Numbered from the stretch's first letter, positions 50,898 to 61,970 are shown. The stretch is DNA of 64,000 nt from a bacterium (GCA_963681965.1 OY820579.1:288001-352000), one strand, 5' to 3'. Program-made: numbers and translations. The notes: generated by a model from the sequence alone, not told the origin.

Positions 50898-51812
50898 ATG
50901 GCGATCATGATTCAGGCAAAATCGATCCTCTCCGATCTTGGCAAAAACCGGGACGATGGATTTTGCGTGCGCTACAACATGAATCTCTATCGTGGTTGTC
51001 AACATGCCTGTATCTATTGCGATTCACGCAGCACCTGTTATCAAGTCCAGCACTTCACAGAAATCGAAGTGAAAGAGAACGCCATCGAGTTACTTCGACG
51101 CGAGCTATCCTCCAAACGTCAGAAAGGGGTCGTTTCCACCGGCAGTATGAACGATCCGTATATGCCGATCGAGCGCCAATTCGAGCAAACCCGGAAAGCA
51201 CTGATCGAATTGGATCGCTTCCGGTATCCGGTTCATATCGTCACCAAAGGCGATCTCATCACCCGCGATATCGATATCCTGCAAAAAAACCAAAAGACCT
51301 GGTTGTCGGTCTCGGTTACGCTAACCACTACGAACGATGCGCTTGCCCGAATACTCGAACCGGGAGCGCCATCTCCTACCCGACGAATCGCTGCGATCAA
51401 AACACTGTCGGAAGCCGGAATTCACGTCGGAATTTTCTTGATGCCGATTCTCCCATTCATCACCGACGATCCCGACAATATCACGAATATCGTGAGCAAA
51501 GCCGCTGAAGCGGGCGCTAGTTACATCATTTATTGCAATGGCATGACGCTGCGCGACGGCAGCCGCGAATATTTTTACGAGGCTTTGGACAAACATTTCC
51601 CCGGCATTCGGGAAAAATACGAGCGTCGGTTCGGCAAGCAGTATTCTTGTAAGACACCGAATTTCCGGATACTCGAAGAATTGATTCAGAAATTGTGCCG
51701 TCAATATAATCTCGCCACCGATCTATCGTACGATGACGAGCAAGTGCAATACGCCACGCAACTATCGTTATTCGAATCGTTGAATTTGCCTATCGAAAGG
51801 AAATCGCGATGA
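50898..51812 (+). CDS. Radical SAM protein (SplB / Rv2578c-like)
   Basis: NLYRGCQHACIYC, DPYMPIE and LEPGAPSP..R motifs. Confidence 0.88.
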   Translation: MAIMIQAKSILSDLGKNRDDGFCVRYNMNLYRGCQHACIYCDSRSTCYQVQHFTEIEVKENAIELLRRELSSKRQKGVVSTGSMNDPYMPIERQFEQTRKALIELDRFRYPVHIVTKGDLITRDIDILQKNQKTWLSVSVTLTTTNDALARILEPGAPSPTRRIAAIKTLSEAGIHVGIFLMPILPFITDDPDNITNIVSKAAEAGASYIIYCNGMTLRDGSREYFYEALDKHFPGIREKYERRFGKQYSCKTPNFRILEELIQKLCRQYNLATDLSYDDEQVQYATQLSLFESLNLPIERKSR

Positions 51813-52555
51813 GCAGTGTATCGAAAGCTCTACTTCAAAACATTCACCAAGAGATAATCACTCGATTCGAAGCGATTGCCGATCCCGCGATCGTTGCCAA
51901 GTACCAGCGATATTTCAAAGACACGTTCGATGGATACGGAATACCGACCGAGACATTTCAAACAATAACCAAAGAGCTTCACGCAAAGTATCAGACCCAA
52001 CTCGGCTTATCGGGATTTCTCAAACTAGGCGATCTGTTGCTGAAGTCCGGCAAATTCGAAGAGGGATCGCTGGCGATGATGTCGCTGCTTCCGTTCAAGA
52101 AAGATTTTACAGTCGACACATTTGAGCATATCAGCGGATGGTTCGATCACGGTATCAGCAATTGGGCACATGTCGATGGATTCTGTTCGGAAGTGATTTA
52201 CGAGTTTTTCCGGTTGAAAGTGATCGATGAAACGGACTTACTACCGTGGCGGGAAGCTTCCTCGGTATGGAAAAGGCGTGCCGTTCCCGTCGCATTCATT
52301 CAATTGTTGCAGCTAAAAGTTCCGGCATCGCAACTGCTACCGAATATCGAACCGTTAATGCTCGAACCCGAAGAGATGGCTCAGAAAGGGGTGGGCTGGT
52401 TCCTGCGAGAGGCATGGAAACGCGATCCCAAACCGGTCGAAAAACTCTTACTGAAATGGAAGGATAAATCGCCGCGACTCATCTTCCAGTATGCCACTGA
52501 GAAGATGACCAAGGAGCAGAAAGACAAATACCGGAAGGCGAAACCGGGGAAGTAA
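51809..52555 (+). CDS. DNA alkylation repair protein (AlkD-like HEAT-repeat)
   Basis: NWAHVD, W.RR, QKGVGWFLRE and YATEKM motifs. Confidence 0.85.
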   Translation: MSSVSKALLQNIHQEIITRFEAIADPAIVAKYQRYFKDTFDGYGIPTETFQTITKELHAKYQTQLGLSGFLKLGDLLLKSGKFEEGSLAMMSLLPFKKDFTVDTFEHISGWFDHGISNWAHVDGFCSEVIYEFFRLKVIDETDLLPWREASSVWKRRAVPVAFIQLLQLKVPASQLLPNIEPLMLEPEEMAQKGVGWFLREAWKRDPKPVEKLLLKWKDKSPRLIFQYATEKMTKEQKDKYRKAKPGK

Positions 52556-52710
52556 ATTGAGTTTAACTGACCATTTACTTTTCAAATAGTACCAATTATT
52601 TACGAGTTAGCACGAACTATTACCAATCTAAATGAAAATTTATCGGGTTGTATTGGTAATAATCGGGCAAACTTGTTATTTTGTCCTGATTAATCACGCA
52701 GAAGGGAGCT

Positions 52711-53388
52711 GTGATGTCAGAATTCGATTTTGAAAGCCAAGTCCCGTTCGGCGCCGATAGTTTCGCCGACAACCCCGACCCCCGTGTCGCCTGCTTGTTG
52801 TTGCTGGATACGTCCGGCTCGATGAAAGGTGCGCCAATCCAAGGGCTCAACGAAGCACTGCAAATTTTCCGCGACGAAATCCTCGCCGATTCCCTTGCCG
52901 CCAAGCGCGTCGAAATCGGTATTGTGACATTCGGACCGGTTCAAGTCGTTACCCACTTTACCTCACCCGACACGTTCATCACTCCGATTCTGGTAGCCGG
53001 CGGCGATACGCCGATCGGCGAAGCGATTCGGGTTGGACTCGATTTGCTACAGGAGCGGAAAGACGAATACCGGGCAAACGGGATTTCCTATTATCGCCCG
53101 TGGGTGTTCTTGATGACCGATGGTTCGCCCACCGACGACTGGATGGCAGGCGCGGAACTGGTGAAAGAAGCGGAAGCATCGAAGGCACTAGCATTCTTCC
53201 CGGTCGGTGTCGAAGGTGCCAATATGGATATTCTGCGCAAATTATCGATCCGCGAACCACTGAAGCTTCACGGTCTGAAATTCCGCGAATTCTTCCTCTG
53301 GTTGACTGCCTCCATGAGCGGCGTGGCACGTACCGAACCCGGTATGCCGGTGCAGATCGAAAGTCCGAAAGGTTGGGCCGAAGTTTGA
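52711..53388 (+). CDS. TerY-type vWA protein (YegL-like)
   Basis: LLLDTSGSM MIDAS, GGDTPIG and YYRPWVFLMTDG.PTD motifs. Confidence 0.92.
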   Translation: MMSEFDFESQVPFGADSFADNPDPRVACLLLLDTSGSMKGAPIQGLNEALQIFRDEILADSLAAKRVEIGIVTFGPVQVVTHFTSPDTFITPILVAGGDTPIGEAIRVGLDLLQERKDEYRANGISYYRPWVFLMTDGSPTDDWMAGAELVKEAEASKALAFFPVGVEGANMDILRKLSIREPLKLHGLKFREFFLWLTASMSGVARTEPGMPVQIESPKGWAEV

Positions 53389-54149
53389 GTTGGAAATACA
53401 CCTACACTTCGGTTATCGGCACCTCCCACATCGCATCCGGCACCGAGTGCCAGGATTTTTGCATGGTCGAGACGTTCGTCGCACCGAATGGCGAATCGTA
53501 TTTTCTGGCATTTGCCTCCGATGGATCCGGGTCCGCACCGCGCAGCCGTGAAGGTTCGGAAATGGCGTGCCGCACGGTATTCAAACATTTTACCGAATCG
53601 ATTGCGAAGCTCGGCAGCACCAAGAATTTCACCGAAAAAGAAGTGGTGCACTGCGTATACGAAACAGTACAGGAAATTCGCCATCACGCCTATGCCGAAA
53701 GTCGCACTCCGAAAGATTACGCTTGCACGATCATCGGCGTGATCATCGGACCGCACAACACGATTTGCATTCAACTCGGTGACGGTGCGATCGTTATCAG
53801 CAATCGCAACATCTTCGGGGTCGTTTTCCGTCCCGATTCCGGTGAATATGTCAATGCGACATTCTATCTTACCGATGCGAACGGAATGGAAAATCTCAAG
53901 ATTCAATTCATCGATTATCAGCTTGAACAATTCGCCCTCTTCACCGACGGCATCCAACCGTTAGCCGTCAAAATGGCAGATTTGACGCCGCATGTACCGT
54001 TCTTCGAACCGATGCTGCAGTATATGCGCAATCCGAAAATGTTCAACCAGAACACGATCAATGCCGACCTTGCCAAATTCCTTGGCACCGAGAAAGTCAA
54101 TCAGCGGACTGAAGACGACAAAACTTTGATTTTGGCTACTCGATTATGA
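53385..54149 (+). CDS. PP2C-like phosphatase of the TerY-P triad (YegK-like)
   Basis: TTG start overlapping the vWA stop; SVIGTSH...CQD, SDGSGSA, GDG, TDG and DDKTL motifs. Confidence 0.9.
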   Translation: MSWKYTYTSVIGTSHIASGTECQDFCMVETFVAPNGESYFLAFASDGSGSAPRSREGSEMACRTVFKHFTESIAKLGSTKNFTEKEVVHCVYETVQEIRHHAYAESRTPKDYACTIIGVIIGPHNTICIQLGDGAIVISNRNIFGVVFRPDSGEYVNATFYLTDANGMENLKIQFIDYQLEQFALFTDGIQPLAVKMADLTPHVPFFEPMLQYMRNPKMFNQNTINADLAKFLGTEKVNQRTEDDKTLILATRL

Positions 54150-56086
54150 GCGAAACCACTTATTTCGACAGCGCGGGCAACAAGCTCGGCTTGGGTAAAG
54201 AACTCGGTCGTGGCGGCGAAGGCGCAGTCTTCGAAACCACCGAATCGCCCGAGCAATTGGTCGCAAAAATCTACCACAAACCCCTCTCGAAAGAGAAACA
54301 GGACAAGATCCTGACGATGGTGGACAATCGCAGCGACGATTTAGTGAAAGTCGCAGCGTGGCCGGTGGCAGCGATCCACAGCGGGAAAGCGAAGGGACCG
54401 ATCTGCGGCTTTATGATGCCGAAAGCGGTCGGCTTCGAACCGATCCACCACTTGTATAGTCCGGGCAGCCGCAAGCAACTATTCCCCGATGCCAACTGGG
54501 CATTCCTGATTCACGCCGCGCGAAACATCGCAATGTCGATTGCGACAATTCACAGTCACGGGCATGTGGTCGGCGATATCAATCAGGGCAATTTGCTGAT
54601 CTCGAAAGGGGCAATCTCCAAATTAATCGATTGCGACTCGTTCCAGATTCAATCGACCGAAACAAAATTTCTTTGCGGTGTCGGTGTCGGACACTTTATT
54701 CCACCGGAGTTGCAGGATCTCGACCTGACCAACCTCGTTCGCACACCGAATCACGACAACTTCGGACTTGCGGTAGTAGTGTTCCATCTGATTATGATGG
54801 GTCGACATCCCTATTCCGGTATCTATCCGACAACGAGCGATGTGACGTTGGAAGAGGCGATCAAGGCGCACTGGTTCGCTTACGGCGAGAAAGCCGCCAA
54901 GCGCGGAATCACGCGTCCTCCCGATAGTCTATCGCTGAAATTACTGCCGGATACTATTGCCGAGATGTTTCTGAAGGCATTCTCAAAAGAAGGCGCTGCC
55001 GACGATGGACGACCTACCGCGAAAGATTGGGTCAACGAACTCGGCAAGCTGGAACATTCGCTGAATATCTGCGATAAAGTACCGATCCACCGCTACTACA
55101 ACGGGCTACAAAAATGTCCGTGGTGCGAAGCGGAAATGGCGCGGAAGCTGATCTACTTCGTCGACAAATCGCTCCCGACACTTTCAACGACCTTCGATTT
55201 CAAGAAAGTCCGCAAGCAGGTTGCCGAGATTCGCTCACCCGGACCGGCACCGGAAGTACCGTTACCGGAGAAAATTGTACCGAAAGCATTGCCACCACGC
55301 CTCGTGAAAGCGAAACAGTTTTCGATTATTCGCAAGATCCTTGCGGTACTAGCAATCGGCGCGACGTTCTACTTCCTCGGGGCGTGGTATCTGCTGTTTG
55401 TCGCACCACTCGCCATCTGGTTTGCGTATGTTCCGATCGACAAGACCAAAGAGTTGAGCGTGCGAACGCTGGCGTACGAGAATGTCAATCGCGGATATCT
55501 TGACGTCGCTTCCGATTGGAAAGTGAATGCCGGCGAATCGCGATTCATCAAACAACAGACCGAATTGAGTACGCTGCTCTTCGATTATCGGGATCTGCCC
55601 AATTGGATGGATAAAGAGCGCGAGGCGATGGTGATGGGAGTTAAAGACCGGCAGTTGCAGCGCTACCTTGCCACCTATTTGATTGCGGATTACGATATTC
55701 CGAATATCGGGTCGTCGCAAAAAATGGTTTTGACGTCGTTCAGTATCGAGAATGCGTCCGATATCGAGTGGTCGAAAGTGTTCAACGTCAAGGGATTCAC
55801 GACGGTGATGTCGGATTCGCTGCTCGCGTGGAAAAAGGATCTCGAAGACAAATTCGTCTATGACGAGAGCAAAGGCGTCGAGAAGGAAGACGAAGTCGCC
55901 TTTATGAAGAATTATTACACGCGACGAAAACAACTCGAAACCGCGATTCTCGAAAATGTCGAAGCGTTGATTAAAGTCAAGCAGGAGATTCTCGATTTAC
56001 GCGAATCGATGCTGGAAAACGTGACCAATGCGGCGCGCGAGCGCGCACAGGCGAAAGCGGATATGGAGTTGATCGAGAATTATTAA
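54146..56086 (+). CDS. Ser/Thr kinase with TM and HhH-like C-terminus (YegI-like)
   Basis: GRGGEGAV, AKIY, GDINQGN, IDCDS, PPELQ and CPWC motifs. Confidence 0.9.
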   Translation: MSETTYFDSAGNKLGLGKELGRGGEGAVFETTESPEQLVAKIYHKPLSKEKQDKILTMVDNRSDDLVKVAAWPVAAIHSGKAKGPICGFMMPKAVGFEPIHHLYSPGSRKQLFPDANWAFLIHAARNIAMSIATIHSHGHVVGDINQGNLLISKGAISKLIDCDSFQIQSTETKFLCGVGVGHFIPPELQDLDLTNLVRTPNHDNFGLAVVVFHLIMMGRHPYSGIYPTTSDVTLEEAIKAHWFAYGEKAAKRGITRPPDSLSLKLLPDTIAEMFLKAFSKEGAADDGRPTAKDWVNELGKLEHSLNICDKVPIHRYYNGLQKCPWCEAEMARKLIYFVDKSLPTLSTTFDFKKVRKQVAEIRSPGPAPEVPLPEKIVPKALPPRLVKAKQFSIIRKILAVLAIGATFYFLGAWYLLFVAPLAIWFAYVPIDKTKELSVRTLAYENVNRGYLDVASDWKVNAGESRFIKQQTELSTLLFDYRDLPNWMDKEREAMVMGVKDRQLQRYLATYLIADYDIPNIGSSQKMVLTSFSIENASDIEWSKVFNVKGFTTVMSDSLLAWKKDLEDKFVYDESKGVEKEDEVAFMKNYYTRRKQLETAILENVEALIKVKQEILDLRESMLENVTNAARERAQAKADMELIENY

Positions 56087-56108
56087 TCGAATAGAGTTAT
56101 TTTTTATT

Positions 56109-56140
56109 CAAACAGCCGGATCGTAGGACCCGGCTGTTTG
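56109..56140. terminator. Hairpin terminator after the TerY-P triad
   Basis: CAAACAGCCGG...CCGGCTGTTTG. Confidence 0.7.
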
Positions 56141-56183
56141 TTTAGATTTCGAGACACACGTGTCCTGCATACCGAATAAGATC

Positions 56184-56231
56184 AGATTGCCACACTTCGT
56201 CAGCCGTTCGGCTGACTTCGTTCGCAATGAC
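56184..56231 (+). repeat. Family B palindromic element
   Basis: AGATTGCCACACTTC-GTCAGCCGTTCGGCTGAC-TTCGTTCGCAATGAC. Confidence 0.75.
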
Positions 56232-56239
56232 AGACAATT

Positions 56240-56797
56240 CTACTCACCTTGATATTTCACCCACTTCTCGGTACGACCGATGAGCGAGATGCCGATGTAA
56301 CCGCGCACATCGAGGTGCGTCGGGTCGGCTAATTTCATTGTACACTTGTAGGTCTTGCCGCTCTTCGGATCGTAGATCGTTCCATCTTCCCAAGTATTGG
56401 TTCCCGTCGCGGTGAATCCCCGCAGGATTGTCAACCCCAACACCGGACGGTCGCGCAGCGATGTGATCGGATTCTTCCGGTCATGTTTGACAACACTGGC
56501 ATCGGGATCGTCGGCGGGATATTTCTCGTGTAACAACCAGACAATTTTCCCCTGCAACTTGCCGTCTGAAGTGTGTGAAATTTCGATGCGGGCTTCGCCA
56601 TCGGACGTCGTCCATTGCCCGAGGACGGGCTCAGTCGGCGTGGTCGCATCGGCTGCGAGCGTGCGATTTGCGGCGCATAGCAACGTTATGGCAAGTGCGA
56701 TCATACATGCGATTGAATAGTAGGGATGACGTCGATTCATCGGTCGGCTCCATGATTGGGATATCGCGAATATGCGGAGAATCGAGGATGATTGCAA
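56240..56797 (-). CDS. DUF2147 domain protein (likely start MNRRHP)
   Basis: G.W.T, GKIVWL, GTIYDPKSGKTY and VRGYIGISLIGRTE.W motifs. Confidence 0.9.
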   Translation of the reverse strand: MQSSSILRIFAISQSWSRPMNRRHPYYSIACMIALAITLLCAANRTLAADATTPTEPVLGQWTTSDGEARIEISHTSDGKLQGKIVWLLHEKYPADDPDASVVKHDRKNPITSLRDRPVLGLTILRGFTATGTNTWEDGTIYDPKSGKTYKCTMKLADPTHLDVRGYIGISLIGRTEKWVKYQGE

Positions 56798-56908
56798 TGG
56801 ATTCGCTCGAAATCGAGTTAATATTCGAATATACCGTGTTCCGGATCTTTTTCTTCGTACCTTTAGGTGTTATTAACTCAATCAGGTAGATAACCCCGGA
56901 GAACTGTC

Positions 56909-57436
56909 ATGAAATTAAATTTGCTGGTTTCGATTCTATTGCTCCTTGTTTTTGTAACTTTCTCATTTGCTGCCGACAATCCGCAACTGCGCGGGAAGCT
57001 GGGTTTCGGATTTCAGGCGAATTCGCCGACTCCGGGATTGAGTTTTAAATATGAAATCACCGATCCGCTCCAACTGCAAGGTGTCTTCGGGATTTTCGGC
57101 GACAATACGTATTACGGCGGACGATTGCTTTACGGCTTCAAGCATGAATATCACACCGCGTATATTTTCGCAACTGCTGCCGGACGGATGATGAAGAATC
57201 AGACCTACCAGATCGCACTGCCGGGCGGGATGTATGAGACGCAGACCGCGCGACAATACGGGCAAATTTATGGTGGCGGTATCGGACTCGAGTGGTTCTT
57301 CCACAGTTTTCCGGAACTGGGTATCTGCATCGATGTCGGATTCGCGAATTACAATGAACCACCGGGCACCGCCAATTTCGCGTCTATCATCGGCGGTATC
57401 GGTCTCCATTATTATCCGGTAAAGAATAAGAAATAA
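56909..57436 (+). CDS. Small outer-membrane beta-barrel-like protein
   Basis: GGAG RBS, signal peptide, Gly/aromatic amphipathic strands, GGIGLHYY terminal strand. Confidence 0.65.
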   Translation: MKLNLLVSILLLLVFVTFSFAADNPQLRGKLGFGFQANSPTPGLSFKYEITDPLQLQGVFGIFGDNTYYGGRLLYGFKHEYHTAYIFATAAGRMMKNQTYQIALPGGMYETQTARQYGQIYGGGIGLEWFFHSFPELGICIDVGFANYNEPPGTANFASIIGGIGLHYYPVKNKK

Positions 57437-57442
57437 ATTTAA

Positions 57443-57468
57443 GTAGGGGAGGGCTCCCACGCCCTCCC
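57443..57468 (+). repeat. GTAG-type REP upstream of RAYT
   Basis: GTAG-GGGAGGGC-TCCCAC-GCCCTCCC. Confidence 0.85.
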
Positions 57469-57516
57469 GCGCTTGTATTTTTTTTAGTTTCCAAACATCT
57501 GCTCAGCAAGTCGAAT

Positions 57517-58362
57517 ATGTCAAATCCAGTTCGACAATCTCCCCGCTTTCCCGAATACGATTACGCGCTGACTGGAGCGTATCTGGTCACGACTTGCTCG
57601 GAAAATCGAAAATCACTTTTCGGAGTCGTGAACGATGATTCTATGGTGTTATCAGAAATCGGAAAGATGGTCGAGCAATATTGGCTTGAGATTCCTGCAC
57701 GGTTTCCAAATGTGACTTTGGATATATTTGTGATTATGCCCGATCATTTGCATGGAATTATTTTTTTGCATCAGAATTTAGATGAAGAAATTAGAATCGC
57801 AAACCAAAAAAGAGAAAGTAGGGGAGGGCTCGTGAGCCCTCCCTCATTAGAGAAAACAGGTAAATCTACAAACCAGGATTTTTCTACACAAAAGAATACT
57901 CATACGGGAGGGCTCGTGAGCCCTCCCTCATTAGAGAAAACAGGTAAACATACAAACCAGGATTTTTCTACACAAAAGAATACTCAAACGGGAGGGCTCG
58001 TGAGCCCTCCCTCATTAGAGAAAACAGGTAAATCTACAAACCAGGATTTTTCTACACAAAAGAATACTCATACGGGAGGGCTCACGAGCCCTCCCCTACT
58101 GAACCTAAAAAAAGACACGAGTCTACCCCAAGTAATACAATGGTTCAAATCGAAAACGACCTACCGATATCAACAATTTATTAAAAACGACAAAGAGATT
58201 GTTCGCACTAATCAAGATAATGATACTGAATCACATATCCGATTATGGCAACGCTCCTACGCAGACAGAATCATCCGCAATGAATACGAATTGAATCAGA
58301 AACGAAAATATATTCTTGAGAATCCACTACGGTGGTCGTTGAAGAATTCAGGTAAGATGTGA
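57517..58362 (+). mobile_element. REP-associated tyrosine transposase (Y1 HUH, TnpA-REP/RAYT)
   Basis: YDY...GAYLVTTC, VIMPDHLHGII (HUH), QWFKS, LWQRSY and YILENP motifs; flanked by REPs. Confidence 0.88.
57818..58099 (+). repeat. 84-bp tandem repeat x3 built from REP palindromes, in frame within RAYT
   Basis: GGGAGGGCTCGTGAGCCCTCCC at 57822, 57906 and 57990, and its inverse at 58074; bounded by GTAG (57818) and CTAC (58096-58099). Confidence 0.92.
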
Positions 58363-58384
58363 TAATCTCGGAATCGTAAAACCA

Positions 58385-58410
58385 GTAGGGGCGGGCTCCC
58401 ACGCCCGCCC
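58385..58410 (+). repeat. GTAG-type REP downstream of RAYT
   Basis: GTAG-GGGCGGGC-TCCCAC-GCCCGCCC, with compensatory changes relative to the 57443 copy. Confidence 0.85.
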
Positions 58411-58465
58411 GTTCTTTTATCTTTTTCTTGTTTTTTATGTCTTTTTGTTCTTGTGTCCTGATTGT

Positions 58466-58661
58466 GTCTTTGCGAGGAAAACCTTGCGACAGCGAAGCGG
58501 CAAGGTTTAGCGAACTCCGATGAATCTTGTAAATATCTGGTTCGCAATGAACGAAGTAACATCCGCCAGCCGGCGGATTTACGAAGTGAATGACGAAGTA
58601 ATCTCCGCTTGCGTTCTTGATCTGTCATTGCGAACCCAGCGAAAGCTGGGTGTGGCAATCT
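58466..58661 (-). repeat. Cluster of family B palindromic elements
   Basis: GTCTTTGCGAGG..., ...GAATGACGAAGTAATCTCCGC (matches the 24628-24648 region), GTCATTGCGAACCCAGCGAAAGCTGGGTGTGGCAATCT. Confidence 0.7.
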
Positions 58662-58706
58662 ACGTTTGTATTTTTTTATTGTGGTTTTGAGAATACTACT
58701 CGGTTA

Positions 58707-59552
58707 CTATGTTCTCTTTAACCAAGGAATCGAAAGATCTTCAAATTCTCTTTGAAAGGGTACAATAAAATTTCGATTATTCAGTCTCTGGTAATGCTTA
58801 TAAGCAAGGAACAGAAAAATAGATGATGTTTCATAACAGCGATTAGTACATTTTAATCTGTTTTGTTCAGTAAGAAACATCTGACTCAAGCACTGACCCT
58901 TCGTGTGAACATGCCAAGATGATATCGAATAAAATTGATTGAACATTTTATCAGTTAGACCCGCCTCTAGTGCAATATCTGAAACAATTTTATATAGTCC
59001 TCGAGAATATAGCTTTTTCAACTCCTTTTTCTTTTTTTCTTTGATATAAGTTTGATGAAATTTATTTTCATTGAGCTTTCCAACCAAACCATCACACTGT
59101 TTTTGAATTGATAACCTCTCGCTTGCGAATCTATCAGTGCTTTGCTCTGATTGAAATTGAGTTTGACGATCCAACTTGTCGTGATAAACATATAGAATTT
59201 GTCTTGCTTTCAGGCAATCGCTGTCCTTCTCAGGATTGGTTAAATAGAATATTATCAGATAAGCTTCCACGATAGAACGTGTTATGCCCCACATTGTAGA
59301 TATATCCCAAATATCGTGGAATCCATTATAAAAAACCCTTGATTGAGGATGAATGCGTAGAAGAGACACAAAATTCCAACACATTTTTATTAACAGTGAT
59401 TCTTCAATTTTAAAAATCAATTTTCCATCTTCTGATCGGATATAAACATTTTCTCCAATCTGTATACTTTGTCCAAGATCTTTGTACAGTGTTTCAAAGA
59501 CTGATTCAAGTAATGCCTCTACTTTATCAAATTTCATATTTTGCTCATCCAT
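58707..59552 (-). CDS. DUF5677-like hypothetical protein, low GC
   Basis: RSIVEAY..IFYL and Y...S.HVH pattern; GAGG RBS; AT-rich. Confidence 0.65.
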   Translation of the reverse strand: MDEQNMKFDKVEALLESVFETLYKDLGQSIQIGENVYIRSEDGKLIFKIEESLLIKMCWNFVSLLRIHPQSRVFYNGFHDIWDISTMWGITRSIVEAYLIIFYLTNPEKDSDCLKARQILYVYHDKLDRQTQFQSEQSTDRFASERLSIQKQCDGLVGKLNENKFHQTYIKEKKKKELKKLYSRGLYKIVSDIALEAGLTDKMFNQFYSISSWHVHTKGQCLSQMFLTEQNRLKCTNRCYETSSIFLFLAYKHYQRLNNRNFIVPFQREFEDLSIPWLKRT

Positions 59553-59618
59553 ACAACCCTCCTCTGATTAAAAGCACAATGCATTTTTCGATAATCACTA
59601 ACTGAAAAATTATAAACA

Positions 59619-59652
59619 GATTGCCACAGCCCCTTCGGGACTTCGCAACGAC
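59619..59652 (+). repeat. Family B palindromic element
   Basis: AGATTGCCACAGCCC-CTTCG-GGACTTCGCAACGAC, inverted relative to 58624-58661. Confidence 0.7.
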
Positions 59653-59667
59653 ATATCAAGACACCAA

Positions 59668-59697
59668 GACACGGGCGGTTCGCGAACCGCCCCTACC
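59668..59697 (-). repeat. GTAG-type REP downstream of groL
   Basis: GACACGGGCGGTTCGCGAACCGCCCCTACC, identical to 61494-61523. Confidence 0.85.
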
Positions 59698-59701
59698 CAA
59701 C

Positions 59702-59737
59702 AAAAAAATATACAGGCGGCACTTCCGTGCCGCCTGT
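59702..59737 (-). terminator. groL terminator
   Basis: ACAGGCGGCAC-GGAA-GTGCCGCCTGT followed by a T-tract on the minus strand. Confidence 0.8.
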
Positions 59738-59759
59738 GAAGTATCGCGCTGAATTATTT

Positions 59760-61394
<1,635 letters not shown>

Positions 61395-61493
61395 TGCAGT
61401 TATCTCTCCCTTAGGATTATTTATCAAATATCAATTGCGTTGCAGTTACCCGCGTTCGATGGCAATCGTTCAAGCTGGTTTCCGGTTTCGCAG

Positions 61494-61523
61494 GACACGG
61501 GCGGTTCGCGAACCGCCCCTACC
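61494..61523 (-). repeat. GTAG-type REP between groS and groL
   Basis: 30-bp exact copy of 59668-59697. Confidence 0.85.
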
Positions 61524-61555
61524 ATTCGAATTTACGCGAGCATGCGAATGAACAA

Positions 61556-61855
61556 TTAGCCAATGATGGCAAGAATATCGCTGCGATTCAGGATCAAATA
61601 TTTCTGATGATCCCATTCGATTTCGGTTCCGCCGTACTTGCTGTGAAGAACCTTGTCGCCGACTTTGAGTACTTCACTCAATTTGGCTTTGATTTCGTTC
61701 TTGCCTTCGATGTCCATACCCAATGCCACCACTTCTGCCAAAATTGGCTTCTCTTTCACGGTGTCGGGAATGATAATGCTACCGATTTTCTTTTCTTCTT
61801 CTTGAATCGGCTTCACCAAAATGCGTTCGTCCATTGGGCGAATGGGAAGTTTCAT
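61556..61855 (-). CDS. groS: Co-chaperonin GroES
   Basis: IRPMDERILVK, IIIPDTVKEKP, KVGDKV..SKYGGTE motifs; AGGAGG RBS. Confidence 0.95.
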   Translation of the reverse strand: MKLPIRPMDERILVKPIQEEEKKIGSIIIPDTVKEKPILAEVVALGMDIEGKNEIKAKLSEVLKVGDKVLHSKYGGTEIEWDHQKYLILNRSDILAIIG

Positions 61856-61970
61856 TGCTTTTTCTCCTCCTGAGATTGTTTGATCAGTTATTAACCATTT
61901 GGAACTTTTAAGTTCCAATTTCGGATCGATCTATCTTGTTTTGATAGAATCGATGTTTTGATAATTCACA

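Noticed and set aside
53100-53384. N-terminal extension of the PP2C ORF
   Set aside because: It overlaps the vWA gene out of frame; family similarity starts at TTG 53385.
57818-58099. Regularly spaced palindromic repeats resembling a CRISPR array
   Set aside because: The 62-bp 'spacers' are near-identical, the array is in frame within a transposase, and there are no cas genes. It is a REP tandem repeat.
61856-61970. CIRCE operator upstream of groS
   Set aside because: No TTAGCACTC-N9-GAGTGCTAA match was found.
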